A DNA stretch of 63,691 bases, the filler included, from Intoshia linei (Eukaryota; Animalia; Orthonectida): assembly GCA_001642005.1 (NCBI GenBank). It is 10 parts of 10 records of this genome, joined end to end, with 100 filler letters (N's around TTAATTAATTAA, not from the genome) between each part and the next. Parts side by side here need not be neighbours in the genome. Positions count along the whole stretch, not along the records: positions 9,832 to 29,737 come from LWCA01000712.1; 9 more parts are not named here. The stretch is one strand, 5' to 3'. The notes under the pieces were generated by a model. It was not told the origin of the DNA. It ran no database searches and saw only the letters and a list, made by a program, of their open reading frames with translations. Positions 13,801 through 27,711 of the stretch are shown piece by piece; position 1 is the stretch's first letter; every line of letters starts with the position of its first letter. Both the position numbers and the translations under genes were made by a program.

Positions 13801-16184
13801 ATAGTAATGATTTTTAATTAACGCCGTCTAATTTAATATCTTTTTTCCATTACGACTAAATTTAAGTGAATATATTAATTTTTCAATATTTTAATTTGAA
13901 TCCTTCAATATGAAAAACCTAATTTACATTAGTTTAAAAATAAAATCAACCCAAAAATTTAATAAAACATAAATTCTGGGACGCGTTTTAAAATCATTAA
14001 CATTGTCGTCAATCTCAGCCTAACAAACGTACACTTTCATTGTCAAAACTTCAAATTACACAGTGTTTAAAAAATGAAACACATCCTACAATTTTATAAA
14101 ACATAAATTCTGAGATATTTTTTAAAATTATAAGCATTATAATAAATTGAAACCTCAAAAAAATGCGTTTCACGACCAAAACCAAAAATTGCCATTTTTT
14201 TAAAAAGCTAATAAATTATTACTAATGATAAAGTAAATTTAAAGGTAATAATTTTCAAATCCGTCAGAGGAAGTGTGTTTTTTTTAATTTTAGGTTTGGT
14301 TATATTTTTAAAATAAGATGAATTTAGTTTTTTTACCCTGAAGGACTCAATTTCGGAAAATCAAATTTTATCTAAGTATAGGATGTAATGAACTTTATAT
14401 GTAAATGTATATTATTTTTTTGGGGTCCCCAGTGAAAAAGGGTTGAGAATGCCTGGTCTAGAAAACTGGCACCAAACTTGAAAAGTTTGCTTTGTGTCGC
14501 TCAAAAACACATTTTAACTTTTTATTAACCAAAGTCGTTGAATTTACAAAATATTACATTACATTGAAGATAATAGCTGACAAACGTAAATATGGATGAC
14601 ACAGGCCAACCTATTTTTTTAAGACTCATTTTTTAAATAAAAATAAAAATGAACATTAAAAAAAAACTTTTAAGTGACTCAACTATTCTGTGTCAAACTT
14701 AAATGAAGATGCGTGAAGAATGGTTAGGGATATATGAAATTGAGTATTTTTTTAATTTAGTTTGGATTTTGGCGGGACCTGGAGTATAATAGGTTCTGTT
14801 ATGTTGAGACGTGACCCTTAATTTCTTTTACCTCTGAATGGCACAAGTTCAAAATTATTGAGATCTACTGATTTATAATTATACGTGTTTAATATTAAAA
14901 TTTGATTTATTTTAGAAAATTGAAAATGAAGATATTAAAAATTATATTACCTGGTTCACCTCTATTTTGTTTTTATTGGAGGTATTTTTTTTTAATTTAT
15001 GAATTTATTAATCTTATTCAGAAATATAAAGAAAAATCGTTTGTATTTATGCAACATGTAATTGATTATAGTGTTGAAAGAATGATTGAAAAAATTCCTC
15101 ATCAAAATAAACAGTAATTTTATCATGTTAATTTTAAATAGACTACTTTTACTTATACTGTCTTTTCTCGATTATAAGCAGACCCCTGAAATACAAATTT
15201 TCAGTGAAATTTTTAAATAAATAAAATTTGAATATAAGCAGTTTCTGCTTGTATTTGAAAAAAAGAGCTTTAAACAAAAAATAGACAACATATCAATTTA
15301 TTTCTAAAAAATAACTTCCTTCATACAATAGAATGTCTAATTTATCAATTTATACTAATTAGAAAAAACTTTTAGTTTATTTTTTATATTTTTCAAGGTC
15401 TTCTCAATGGTCTGTTTGGTTTTGATTATAAGCATTTTTCCTTCTACTTTCGAATATATCAAGACTTATTATAATTGAGAGAAGACAGTAGTCACTAGTG
15501 ATTATTAAACTTAAAATTCCACGCACTCCAAATTTCACAAAATTTTTTAAAAAGCAAAGAGGCTAATTTGTGAGATAGAAGCTGATATTTTAATTCTCAA
15601 TAAAAATGTGTAACATTGATCGGAGCCGAAACTACCATACCCGATTACCCGAAAATCAAAAATTTGTCCTGTAAACGTTTTTGCAATTGATGCGTAATGA
15701 CGTGACCGGAGCCACCTCTCCGCGGTTCTGGACTTGTATATTTACTTTTACATACAAGTTATGATAGTCTAAAATAAGTTTTTTTAAAATGTTCAATTTG
15801 GAAAAATGAGATCCTATTTTACACAAATTACGTGGAGGTCACTCAACGAGAGGTATCAGTACGGTAAATTCTGCTCTGCCATTAATATTTACGTTTCTAT
15901 ATTTTGTTAATTCAAAAATTTTGGTTGATAAAATGTAAAAATGAGTACTTCAAGGTCAAAAACCAATTACCCTTTTTTTTTTTTGAATAAAATTAGCCAT
16001 AGAATTTAAAAAAATACATTATGCGACGCTGTTTAAAATCATTAAAATTTTTGTAAATCTTAGTTTAAAAAACACTGAAATATACCATTGTTTGAAAACG
16101 ATGTCTGTATATTATATATTTAGAAAATTTCAAGATTCTATTCAAATATTGTTATATGGTATCGTGAAATCTCATTATATGTAA
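10837..16184 (+). CDS. LIN9: LIN-9 (MuvB/DREAM subunit); exons 10837-10851, 10921-11028, 12189-12322, 12385-12510, 12545-12705, 12741-12874, 12920-13054, 13115-13195, 13232-13348, 13520-13612, 14916-14981, 15022-15113, 16124-16184
   Basis: Spliced product has RLRNFLGHFKAMRWAYFEFFVSTID, DIRP domain WNTIKRKIGKPRRFSPAFILMERTKL, Tudor-like LPIAVGTSVTARL..DGLYKGII..RVVFD, coiled coil and C-terminal KFQDSIQI; all junctions GT-AG and in phase. The first two exons are less certain. Confidence 0.88.
13704..14455. mobile_element. hAT MITE in LIN9 intron with perfect 8-bp TSD GTCTAGAA
   Basis: TIRs CAGCCATTCACAAC / GTTGAGAATGCCTG; GTCTAGAA at 13696-13703 and 14456-14463. Confidence 0.9.
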
Positions 16185-16907
16185 ATTTTGTTAATAAAAA
16201 TGTAATTGTTTATTATAATTTAATGATTGTTTGTCAAAATGTTAATTGGTCGTTGTCAACTTTTAAAATACACTTCAAAAAGTTGAAATTTAGAGAAAAT
16301 TCAAAATGAGAATAGTAAACTTAAAAACGAAATTATTAAATTTCAGAATGAAAAATTTTAAAAGATTTGAAAAATTGAATGATCAACATCAATTTATGGT
16401 GAATTGTATTGAGCAAAATTGTGTAGTATCTCTCCAAGAACATTTAGATGCCATTCGTCTCAAATTTTATTTAATTGTATCAAAAGTTTTCCAGCACCTC
16501 AATAATCTTGTATACATTCTAAAAACTATTAGACATGAACCTGAATATCCACATAATACTGTAAATAAAGAGAAAGAAGAAATTTTACTTTAGGGTTACT
16601 TGAATTACAATTTTAATAAATTCGTCATTTTGAAATTTACTATTATTGTTTTGAAGTTTACTTGAAGTTTTGAAGTTTGTCGATATGAATTTTGTTATTC
16701 TCATTTTGAAATTAAAAAAGTATAGTGCCATTGCTGCAATTCACTACTGAAATTTAATGTTTTAAGCTCATCAGTCCGCGGAAATTTACAAAATTGGAAA
16801 AGTACAATATTTTTCAATTTAGAGTCCGCAACATATTCGTATCTTGGAAGCCGTGGATTATAATAGATAGAAAGAAATGATGAAAAAATTTTATTGAATT
16901 AAAAAAT

Positions 16908-17632
16908 TTACAATAATATTGTCAATAGTCCAATCATTTGCAATAGACTTCCTATGGGAGGAATGTATTTGTTGAAATTTTTTTTCTCGGTTAAACCAAA
17001 GTAATAGTACGGTATACTAAACAATAACATTCCAACAACTATTAAGCATGTAGTCATGATTGGATATGTATATAATGGTCCAGGTAATATCGATAAGGCT
17101 GCCAAAATGTGTAATTTATAAGCAGATTCGTATGCCTAAATACACAATATATGTTGTGTTAGAATTTCCATAAAAAAGTTTTTCAATATTTTAAATATTT
17201 TGGAAATTACCATGTGGCCTTCCTCATTTATTTAGAAAAATTTTTAGTTTTGAGATATAAATTTACTTACAAAAATAAATAACAAACCTCCAATTAAGCA
17301 AAATATACTATAAAAACACTTGTATGAAACACCTCTTACTACATGTGTAATGTAAGCGTATCGTATATAAATCAAATAAACAAAAAAGTAAATGATATAC
17401 ATATATAGCTCTTTTTTGTTTTTTTCTATCTTTTATTTCTTTATCACCATAATCTAGATTTTAGAACCAATAAAAATTAATACAATATAATACTGTGGGC
17501 TCCTGGAGCTATTGCAGCCATCACAATTGCTGTGAAACACAAAAATGCGCCTATTTTTGTAGGTAGAACACAGTTAATCCATTTATTGCAACTATCTAGG
17601 CAAAAAATTGTACACATTTTTTGGTATTGCAT
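16908..17632 (-). CDS. TMEM256: TMEM256 / DUF423 family small membrane protein; exons 17632-17494, 17453-17401, 17135-16908
   Basis: Spliced: KIGAFLCFTAIVMAAIAPGAH...AYESAYKLHILAALS...GMLLFSIPYYYFGLT...PPIGSLLQMIGLL*, matching the GAH, GxxLF and PxGxxL pattern of the family. Confidence 0.8.
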
Positions 17633-17929
17633 TTTTATTTCCAAATTCTATTTAACAATAAATTTAGTGAATAAAACTTTATTTTTTATAAATTGAGATG
17701 TTATAAGTTATAATTTTCAAAGTTAAACTTTATCAAACTCCCTTTAAACTATGAGTCATAGAATTTTAAAAATTCCATATTTCCATTACAGTTTTTTCCA
17801 TGAATGGAATTAAGCTATATTTCAATCTCAGAAAGTAATATCTTCATGGCCAAAACCAGAATTACCTTTTTTCAAAAAATTACAATTCATACAGTTATCT
17901 CCAGTTAATACACACAAAATTTTTATTGT

Positions 17930-18135
17930 GCCACATTTTGAAAGAGGTTTAGAGAGATTTTTTTATACCATATTTTAAAGAGTGTTTTAAGGTAAATTTT
18001 GTTTTTGGGGAAATTTTTTTTTCATATTTTAAAGAGTTTTTAGCGGAATTTTTTGTATCACATTTTAAAAAGAGCTTTTAGGAAAAATTTTTTTTATCAT
18101 TATTTTATCATATTTTTAAAGGGGATTTTTAAGTA
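17930..18135. repeat. Degenerate minisatellite, about 37-40 bp unit, about 5 copies
   Basis: Recurring CAYATTTTAAAGAG...TTTAG...AATTTTTT units. Confidence 0.65.
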
Positions 18136-18254
18136 AATCAATTTACTGTTATTTTTTTGTAATTATTTCATTAAAACAAAAAATTTGATATAATTAATGG
18201 CCCTAGAGTTTAAAAATAAACATTGTCGTCACACGTTTTGAACCATTGATAGTG

Positions 18255-18554
18255 CAGGGTCGACAACCAGTGACCCACAGAATAATTGTTGTTGCCCTTT
18301 GAGTAAATATGTAAATTATTTATTTGTAAAAATTTCAACTTTTAAAAGCCGTTTTAAACATTTTCTACTAAAATTGGCTCATTAATATTCATTTGAATAC
18401 AGAATTATTAAATCGACCTGGATTTTGTTTTGTTGAATATACTAGAACCGTTTCTCTTTAATTAAAATTGAAATGTATCAATTCAAAAAGGGGCAAGTGG
18501 AATTTTTTGATGTAAAAAAGTGGCCTACGAGATGCAAAAGGTTGCCGATCCCCG
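18255..18554. mobile_element. hAT MITE
   Basis: Termini CAGGGTCGACAACC / GGTTGCCGATCCCCG; imperfect flanks TGATAGTG / CTATAGCG. Confidence 0.6.
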
Positions 18555-19088
18555 CTATAGCGAATAGTATCATTTTTATGGTATTCCTTGATACTTATGG
18601 ACTCAATTTCTAAATATGAAATATTCAATAAAACGTGACACTCGAAACACTGTATTAGAAATTTGATATTTTTAAAATATATGACGTTTAATATTTTAAT
18701 TAAACGGTAACTTACACAGACATTCATTTTTACACAAATAAGCGACATCATCAATGATTGACTTTATTTTTTAACTTGTAGTCATCAAATCATCAAAAAG
18801 CAATATGTGTTTAGATCTGTTAAAATCACATTACAGGACCGTTTTTTACAGGTAATCTCATAGACTACATGAAAACCCATCAAATCAACACCTTCATTGT
18901 CAAATGAACATGTTGCGATTTAACAAAAAATTAATTTTCATTAATTTTATATTTTGACATGTTTACGTTTTTCTAATGTACCAACAAAACAGTTACAGAA
19001 TCAATTTTATAAACGGATTCTACAATATTAAATTAAAAAATAAAAAGACTAATATTTACTTATTTATAGCATTACAAAAACTACATTT

Positions 19089-22000
19089 TCAAACTGTCCC
19101 ATTTTTTAATAGTAAAAGTAACTTTTCAATGTTATTATCTTTGATAAAAATCTTTGATTTCGAAATAATATTAGAAGTAAAAGATCCAACTAAAAATTAT
19201 ATAAAATTGAGCATAAAATTAAAAAACCTCTCAATCTGGACGAATAATGCAAAATCTGTTTTATAGTTTTAGCCAAATTGATATATTCCTGGTTACATTG
19301 AACATTTTCTTGTTGTTTATAAATGAAATTCAATGAAATGTCTTTAATTTGATTGTAAATACTTCTTAAATGGACCCTAACAGAAAAATGACAATAATTA
19401 ACATTTACAAACTACATATTTTGCATATCAATTGCCAAATCTGATTCTATAAGAAATTCTGGTATTTTGGTTAAATTTTTCAGAGTGTTTTGATTATTCA
19501 ATGATCGGTTGAGCTGTATTTTTTTTGCGTCATACTAAAAGTAATTTTGAAAAAATAAATCTGATACCATATATTTTTCCAATAAAGTAAATTCATTAAA
19601 AAAAGCGGTGGAATTGATATCATTAATTTTAAAATGATTGCTAAAAGATTGAACAACTTTTCCAGACAATATGATACTATTTGTGTATATAAAAATCTAA
19701 AAATCGATGGTTTTAGTAATTTGAATATTTAATAAATTTGATTTATCAAATTCATTTACCTTATCATTGTCAAAATTAAAATTCATGTATAAATAAATTT
19801 TTTCATCAATTCTGGAACTTTCAAAGCATACATTACATGAATTGTCCGTGTTTTTTAAAAATTCTTTTGAACTAATAATAAAATTTTCACTTAGCCATTT
19901 AGTTAATTCTTCAAAATTTATATTCCAAACAAATGTAGTAAAGTATATTTCATTTTTTTTTAAATTTGGTTGGTATTCGTTTACTGCGTTCAGAAAAATT
20001 GGTCTGTACATTACAAATTTTGGTAATCTTATATTTTCCTTGTATGGATCCAAAAGTTCCCTATATAATTATTAAGTGTAAAGTTTATCATTGTTGCAAA
20101 ATTATTTTGTTAAATGTCAAATAATTATACATGGTAGCTTCTGCTAGGTCTATTGAAACTTCAATTTCACATGTAACATCGTTTTGACTATATATTTTAC
20201 ATTTGCAACAATTATTCAAGTTGTTGTTTGAAAATATTCTAAAAAATGATTTATAACAGTAATTCCATTAATGGTATCAAAATTCCAAATAAATTGTTTT
20301 TATGGTAATTTTTTTAAATTTTTACTAAAAAACTACAAAATATTATTATAAAGTTTTATTTTACAATTTTGTTATTTTTTGGATTTATGATATCACGTCT
20401 AGGTTGGTTTTAAAAATATAAAATTTAGTCATAATAATATATATATACTTTTTGTATGGCGTGTTCTTAAAAAGGTAGAAACAGTTTAATGTAATTGATC
20501 GAACCAACAAATCTACAGTATTATTTATTATTAGCGTGTATATTATTTACTACTAGCTTAACTGTTATGTACTTCGTACAAATAGCAGCTAGCTCTGCAG
20601 TAGACCGACTTTAACTTTAACTGATATTAAAAACAATCAAATTATTGTTACAATCTTAAAAATTGTCATAAAAAACATGAATTCCATAAAAATAAAATTT
20701 TAAATACGAGCAATAATGTGATGGAGTCTATTTAGACCAGTGTTTCCCAACCTTTTATGTGTCATGCCCTACTTTTATCCTTACGAAATTACTACGCCCC
20801 ACCATAATGTGTAACTAATATTTCCGTAGTAGTGTTGTAACAGATTTTTTTATGCATATATATTACTGCGCAACAAAATGGGGTAAAACGTTAGAAAGAC
20901 TCTTTGGTGGTAAATTATCATAACTATATTTTTTATGAGATTCCTGAATGAATAAACTCTTGGCTATAACATTAAACCTTAATCCATCTTTACAAGCTAG
21001 TCGCGCAACATCTTCATCTGTAGATATTTTTGCTAAATAATTATATACGATTGGTTGATTTGAATTTTTATTGTCACGAGTGATATTATGTACAACCTTT
21101 AAATGGCATAATAAAGATGAGGTAGAACCACCATCACATTTAATTTATTTAGAACACGCAGTATATGTGGCTTCACCATTGATTTCTTTAGAGAAATATA
21201 GAATTAAATTAACCGGTTATCAACACTATCACTAACTGCACTGAAGGCAGATTCTGCTAAGTATGAAGAAGGGAAAGGTAACATACCTCATGTTTCTATC
21301 TCATTATTCTAGATTGTTGTCAAAATCGAATATTGGGGGGGGGGGAGATGTTGTAATAGTGAAGTTACAGTTCCAACTGAACTGCAACTTCACTTTAATA
21401 TTAAACTTACTTTGAGCACATGTATTTTATCTATACATTTACTATGTACATTTACATGTATCTATACATTATGTACTTATGTTAGATTCGAACATTAAAT
21501 CTACAAGGTTCCTTCAAATCTAATAACCTATCTATCATTTTACTACTACACTTGATAATCTATATTTTACTGTTGGTTCAATATTAATTAATATCATTTT
21601 TATATTTATTACAATCCTTTGCAATTTTGGTAAAATTCGACTGAAATGTTTCTAAAGTGAAGATTCGGTTAATTATTGATACATTATTGGTATTTTTAAG
21701 TATTTATTAAATTAATACTTAATATACATTGTATATCATCACATTGAAAATGACAATATAAGTTTTTATAATTTTATTTTTTCTGGAATTTATGCTAGTT
21801 ATGATAATTTTTAGGATTGGACTGTTTTTACTTTATTTTTAATATTATACACACATTTTGTATAATAAATTTAAAAAATGGGATAACATTGTTTTTAAAA
21901 TTTTTTACGGAAATGTTAACAAACAAAAAATTAAGATGGAATAATTCACTTTAAAGTAAAAAGTAATGTGATATGATGGTTCCACCTGAAACAAATTTGG

Positions 22001-24636
22001 GAACCACTCCTTTAAATGATATATAATAATGAATAGTAGGATTTTTAACCTGAATTTATTTTTTAAGTATAATAAAAATGTGCCCTCGGCAGAGCTAGAT
22101 CCTGTTTGTACGTAGTACATAACAGTCAACCTAGTACATCTATTTAAAGGATATGTAAAAACAGTAACTGTTATGCCGAGGGTTACCAGAGCTATATTAT
22201 CATTTTGACATTTTTTCAAACTTTATATTATATTAACAAAGTATATATATATTAATTAACAAAGTATTCTTTCTTCATACTTCACTTTTACTTACTTATG
22301 AGTATTAAAAATTTCTGAGACTCACTAGCGTCATTGCATTTGATTTATTTTTTACAAATTAGTCATATATAGATTAAAAAAATATTTCTGGTACCAGCGA
22401 ATCGACGACCCTTGCCTATAATCAATTAAAAAAATCAGTCTTAAGATAAACTCCACTTAACAGAGCTATAAGGAGATGTAGGTGTTCTTTGTACGAATTA
22501 TTTAATATGTGCAATACACATTGTGCATATTTTTTTAAGTAGATGCTGATTTTAAAAATGACATAACAGTCAAGATAATATGCTTATAATTTCAATTTTT
22601 ATATTAACCTTTTCTAATAAATTCATAATTCAATTCCAAGCTATACTAAAAATGTATGACTTTTTATAAACTAAAAACAAGGCCTATGAAATTAACCATT
22701 ACTTTCATCGACTCAGAATCACTACCATCTTGTACAAATGAAAGTTTTCTAATAACTTGATCATTTTGCATGTAATAAATGTCTTTATCAAAAACTGGCA
22801 ATATTTTTTCCTGTGTAGAAACGTCCGAAACTTCTAATGATTCATGAATATTTTTTCTAGATAGGTGATAATCGTTTACTAAAATTTTCATATATAATTA
22901 TATATTATTTATAGAAGTGGTTTTTAAAATTAAAAATTCATGCACCCACTGTTTCAAAATTTTTTTTTTGAACTCTAGTAAATATGGTATATGATGATAT
23001 CATCAAACTATTTGCAATCATTTTATGTGGTACCGAGAGGATGTTAGACCCTTTTAGAGCAAATTTGCGTTATATGACATAATTATATAAAATAATAACA
23101 CTATTTTATAATTATTTACCAGTTCCATCACTAAAAATAATTTTGATCAAAATTTCATCATTTGTATTATCATCATCTTTGCATAAATGTATAAATAGAT
23201 TCATTAAATTGGCTGAAGAATTCAAACCAACATTGCATGAATTCATTATTTCACCATTTTCAATCGATCGTATTTCAACTATACAATTTTTGTACCCAAC
23301 AATAAAAACTGGCTCATCAATCGATCGTAATAATACTACTTTTTCGTTTATCTAAGTTTTAGTAGATAGTTAAGTATAATTTTTTTTGTACCGTCAGTTT
23401 TGGTACATTATAGTTTCCATTAATGAATAATTATATTTTAAAGCTAGAATTATGTGAATGATTTTATAAAAATCTAATTTTGTCAATATTAAAGGATAAA
23501 ACTATCTAATAGGGTTTACTTGACAGAAGTTTGTTAAATTATGGTTTTTTTAAAGTGAATACACGTTTATTTACATTTTATTTTTACTGGAATTTAAGCT
23601 ATTTATGACAATTTTTAAGATTATACACTCATTCTCTCTAATAAATTAAAAAAATAGTTAAAAATACAATTGTTTTTAAAATTCTTTACAATAATTTGAA
23701 CAAAATACAATTAGGTGGGAATTAGTCACTTTAAATTAAAAGGTAATATGAAAAAAATTTCGGTCCACTCATTTAAAGGTAATTCATCATTTATAATAGT
23801 GAATGTAAAATTTTATTATTGAATTTATTTTTTGATTAGAATTAAAAAATGTCCATCCTCGCCAAAGCTAGGATTCTGTTTGTACCAAGTACATAACAGT
23901 CAAACCAGTAGAAAATACAATTATAACTGCAGCAAATTGAAAAAAAAGTTTTTCATTCTACATAGTGTATAAATATTACCGAGTCTGACCAAATTTTAAT
24001 TGAACCAATATAAACGCCAATAAAACTGTTTGAACTATAGGCAAAATATGCAGGTTTAGATAAAGTGCATACAATAAGCACCATTTCATTTTCATTAATT
24101 TCAATATCAATTTCATCGTTTTTAAAAACGCGTATATCGTAATCTTCTGAACTGACAATTAAATTGTAATTAGAATCTGGTAATTTTTGAATAAGATCCA
24201 TACATGTAACATTGTCACCAGTAATGGTCCAAAAAATTTCCATTCCGTTTTCATCAAATCCTGCAATAGTACAATTTCCTCCGACCAAAATTAAATTTGA
24301 ATCTTTAATTTCACCAAAGATCATATTGTTGATACCATCGGGCACCGATATATTTTGTAAAATGGATTTATTTGATAAATCATAATAAAATAAATTTGAT
24401 TTAGTTGCAACAAATAGTATAAAATCTTGACTAAATTGTTCTATACATAAAGATATTATTGAATTGTCAATTTTAAAAATGTGTAACTTTAAAATTTCCG
24501 TTTCTCCAATTTCTACAACATTGATTTCGTTATTTTCAATGACATGTGCCAGGTAAATAACATTTTTTTGAAAATTTATACAGGAATGTGATAATACCTG
24601 GGAGTTTAAATTACTAGATTTGATTAATTTCAACAT
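19089..24636 (-). CDS. BBS2: Bardet-Biedl syndrome 2 protein (BBSome), multi-exon; main exons about 24636-23980, 23352-23120, 22890-22700, 20238-20130, 20060-19710, 19680-19570, 19535-19417, 19376-19228, 19188-19089
   Basis: N-terminal DGINNMIFG..LILVGGNCTIAGFDENGMEIFWTITGDNV..SEDYDIRVFKNDEI and C-terminal KQILHYSSRLR/VGS...DNNIEKLLLLLKNGTV* match BBS2 motifs; internal exon edges approximate. Confidence 0.9.
20552..20720 (-). mobile_element. Helitron-like 3' end fragment
   Basis: Minus strand reads CTATTTGTACGAAGTACATAACAGTTAAGCTAG|T (hairpin then CTAG). Confidence 0.6.
20738..21285 (-). mobile_element. hAT remnants in BBS2 intron: TIR, BED zinc-finger fragment and C-terminal dimerisation motif
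   Basis: CAGTGTTTCCCAACC terminus at 20738; minus frames TACSK*IKCDGGSTSSLLCHLKVVH...VARLACKDGLRFNVIAKS and FPSSYLAESAFS. Confidence 0.7.
21335..21550 (+). mobile_element. Polypurine tract plus 3' LTR remnant (about 200 bp) of an LTR retrotransposon
   Basis: G11-AGA tract immediately before TGTTGTAATA (21349); segment ends TACTACTACA (21550). Confidence 0.6.
21600..22134 (+). mobile_element. Helitron-like 3' portion with intact terminus
   Basis: CTGTTTGTAC-GTA-GTACATAACAG hairpin followed by TCAAC-CTAG|T; a similar end is at 23876-23908. Confidence 0.75.
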
Positions 24637-26820
24637 TATAACAATTTATTTGGAAAAATAACTATGGATAAATAATAATTATATTTTAAAATGACGTGTC
24701 GGGAGAATTTTTATTTGTTGAATTTATATATTTAGCTTTAATCAAGTATTTTCATGGGTTACATGAAACGATTTGTTTCAAATGAGTCAGATGAGTGTAA
24801 TACACGGGATTGTGGGACGAATTGTAACCGCACTGAACGTGATTTCCATTTAGAATAATATGATTTTCCGAGTGAATTAACTCGATGAGCTGGATCCAAT
24901 GGCGGTTCATAGACAAAATAATTGGTGAGGCTGGAAGAGCATGTTATATGTATTGAACTATAATATGACTATTACAGTTTATTATATGAATTTCAGTAAG
25001 TTAAATTCCGAAATTTACAAACTGGCAAACAGTGCATTCCAATGTACTACAATTTTTTATAACAAATTTATAATTTTGAAAATAATTTTTTTTATATTGG
25101 TCAAAATTATGGTGGCGCTGCAACCCTCTATGACCAATGATCAATTTAATAATTATAAAAGTTTAATTGTATGTTTAATTATAATGACGCTGAAAAAAAT
25201 TCAAAATTTTCGATACTAACTCCTAGCGTATCCAACTAAAATTTATAAAATTGTATATTTAAAAGAATGAATATACCAATATATGATCTTTCATTTTAAA
25301 TAGTTTAACAACGTTTTCGCGGCCGAAACTATTAACCATGTTTGTAGTTTTTTCGATAATGTCTTGTTTTTTTCGTTTATATTCTTCAATGTGTCGTTTA
25401 GATTCAATTTCTAAATCTTGAAGTTCTGTTTCACGATTTTTTTCTATGTTTTTTTGTTCAAAAGTCTATATATAATTTAAAGATAAAAAGATATATTATA
25501 AAATGTACGTAAAATATTTTTTTTCAACCACTTTTAATTTCATATTTTCGAGACGTTGTTGACTTTCCAATTCGTTTTCTTTGGCTGATGCGACAGCTTT
25601 AACCTTGACGGTATTTATAGCCGACATTATGTCGTTTTCATTTTTCAGTTTTGTATATACAATTCTTTCGTTCTCGTTCAACATTTCGTTTTTAATCATA
25701 TCGATATCCAACATTTCTTTCGATTTTTGTTTTTCCAAAAGCAATTTATTTCTATTTAAAATTAAAAAAGTAAAAAATTAAAAATTAATATCTATATAAT
25801 ATATCTAATATTTATAATATAATATAATAATAATATAATTAATAAATAAGAAAAATTGAAATAATATTACTTTGCTTCGGCCTCTCGGGATTGAGATAAA
25901 ATGTCTATAGCCAAATGGACAGATTTAGAAATTTCATCGCTCATTTTTTCATCAGTATGCTTAACAGATAAAACGTCTATTGCAGTTATAGCCAATAAAC
26001 TACTCAAGAAAAATAATCTTCTTTCTTCATTAGTGAAAATTTCATCCAATATAATTTCAGATTATTTCTAGAATACCAAATAGACAAAAATTGTTAAGTG
26101 GACAATAATAAAATTAAAATTTTAAAGATTATAAAACATTAATTGTTAAACTAAACTTTTTATATACCTTGTGAAATTCTTCAAAAGGAATACGTGAAAC
26201 TATAGATCGAATTGACGAGGATATACTGTTTGTAATGTCAAATGTAAATGTCAAATTTGAAAATATTTTTTTACTTTCTTTTTGACTACAATCAGATGGA
26301 TTCACTTCAAATTTTCTAATAATACAACAATCATATAAATTAATTAATTCATAATATAATCGAAATCAAAATAAATCATACCATGTAATTTTAACTGCCA
26401 ATTGAAGACTTGCATGATCTAATGTTGTAACCAAAATGTTGGTAATTATATTATTGGGACCAAGAAATAACAATATATGGTTTTGAACATTTTCATATAC
26501 CAACATTCGAAATGTTGTAAATATTTCAAATGCTTCGGGAATAACAAATTGTGGACCAAATATTACTCTAAATCGTTTTGCATTATATTTATGATATAAT
26601 GTACCTAGACGTATTGGTACTGTAATTATTAAGTTGCATGGGATAATTTAATCAACTCGGTAGACGCGAGCCGGTCTGAACTTGTTCCATATAAAAGTTC
26701 CTATACCACCTGTGTTGTTACCATCTTATTTCATTTTTCATTGGTCAATCATATTCTAATTGACTCAACGGTTTCTGCCAAATTACTTCGTATGCACCAA
26801 GGCAATACGTTGTTCTAGAA

Positions 26821-27150
26821 ATTATGCTATAATTTTCTTTTTATTTGCAAAATTTTATAAAAATTTACTTAATTTTGCACAATTACGTTATAATACTGTT
26901 ATTTTGATTAATTTCTGTTTGTTTAATATTTCATTTTGAATAAATTTTCACTTTGATGATTTTTTTAATATTAAATTAAAGTTAATTGTGTTATTTAAGA
27001 AAATAATGTTAATCGAGGATAAATGTTATTTATGCTGTAATTTTTCTTTTTATTTACAAAATTTTATAAAAATTTACACAATTTTGTTAATTACGTTATA
27101 GTACCGTTATTTTTAATAAATTCCGTTTGTTTAATATTTAATTTTGAAAA
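26821..27150. repeat. Imperfect direct duplication of about 120 bp (26821-26940 and 27030-27148)
   Basis: TTATGCTRTAATTTT...AAAATTTTATAAAAATTTAC...TTACGTTATA...GTTTGTTTAATATTT..TTTTGAA occurs twice. Confidence 0.8.
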
Positions 27151-27280
27151 TAATAATAATAATAAATAACAAAAATTATATTATATAATTATATGGTATA
27201 TATAAAATTATAATGCAAGTTAATAAATAATTATTTAAAACATTTAACTCAGAACGGAGAATTTTTGTCAACTATAAATA

Positions 27281-27711
27281 CAGTATAACCCCGTTTTGGG
27301 GCACATTTTTAGAAGAGTACTCTTAAAACTGAGGGTAATGATAAATTCTGTTATCTACTGAATTAATTTAACAATGATAGCATTTAATCTATTAGTATTG
27401 CTTCATCAAAATTAACATTTATTACTTCATTACTCAAAAGTGATACAATTTGCTTTTTTATTCTAGATATTGTTCCTTTACGCATTGCACACATTACACA
27501 CAGGTTTCGTTTAGATAACTTTTAATCTTATGGGCTTTAATTTTAGCTATTTCTATTTTGTGTCATAATTTAATTTTTGTAATAAAATAAAGTGCCTAAA
27601 CGAGGTCTAATTGACACTAATTTATAGGCATAGTACAAAATACTATGGAAATAACACGATATTAAAAAAAGTGCCCCAAAAGCGAGGGTCGCCAAAACCG
27701 GGGTCGGACTG
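27281..27711. mobile_element. pogo/Tigger-type non-autonomous element in MVP intron
   Basis: TA|CAGTATAACCCCGTTTTGG ... CCAAAACCGGGGTCGGACTG|TA; internal minus frame SKRNL...RKGTISRIKKQ resembles a psq-type HTH. Confidence 0.75.

Noticed and set aside
17930-18135. CRISPR-like array
   Set aside because: Units are degenerate with no unique spacers, there are no cas genes and the context is eukaryotic.
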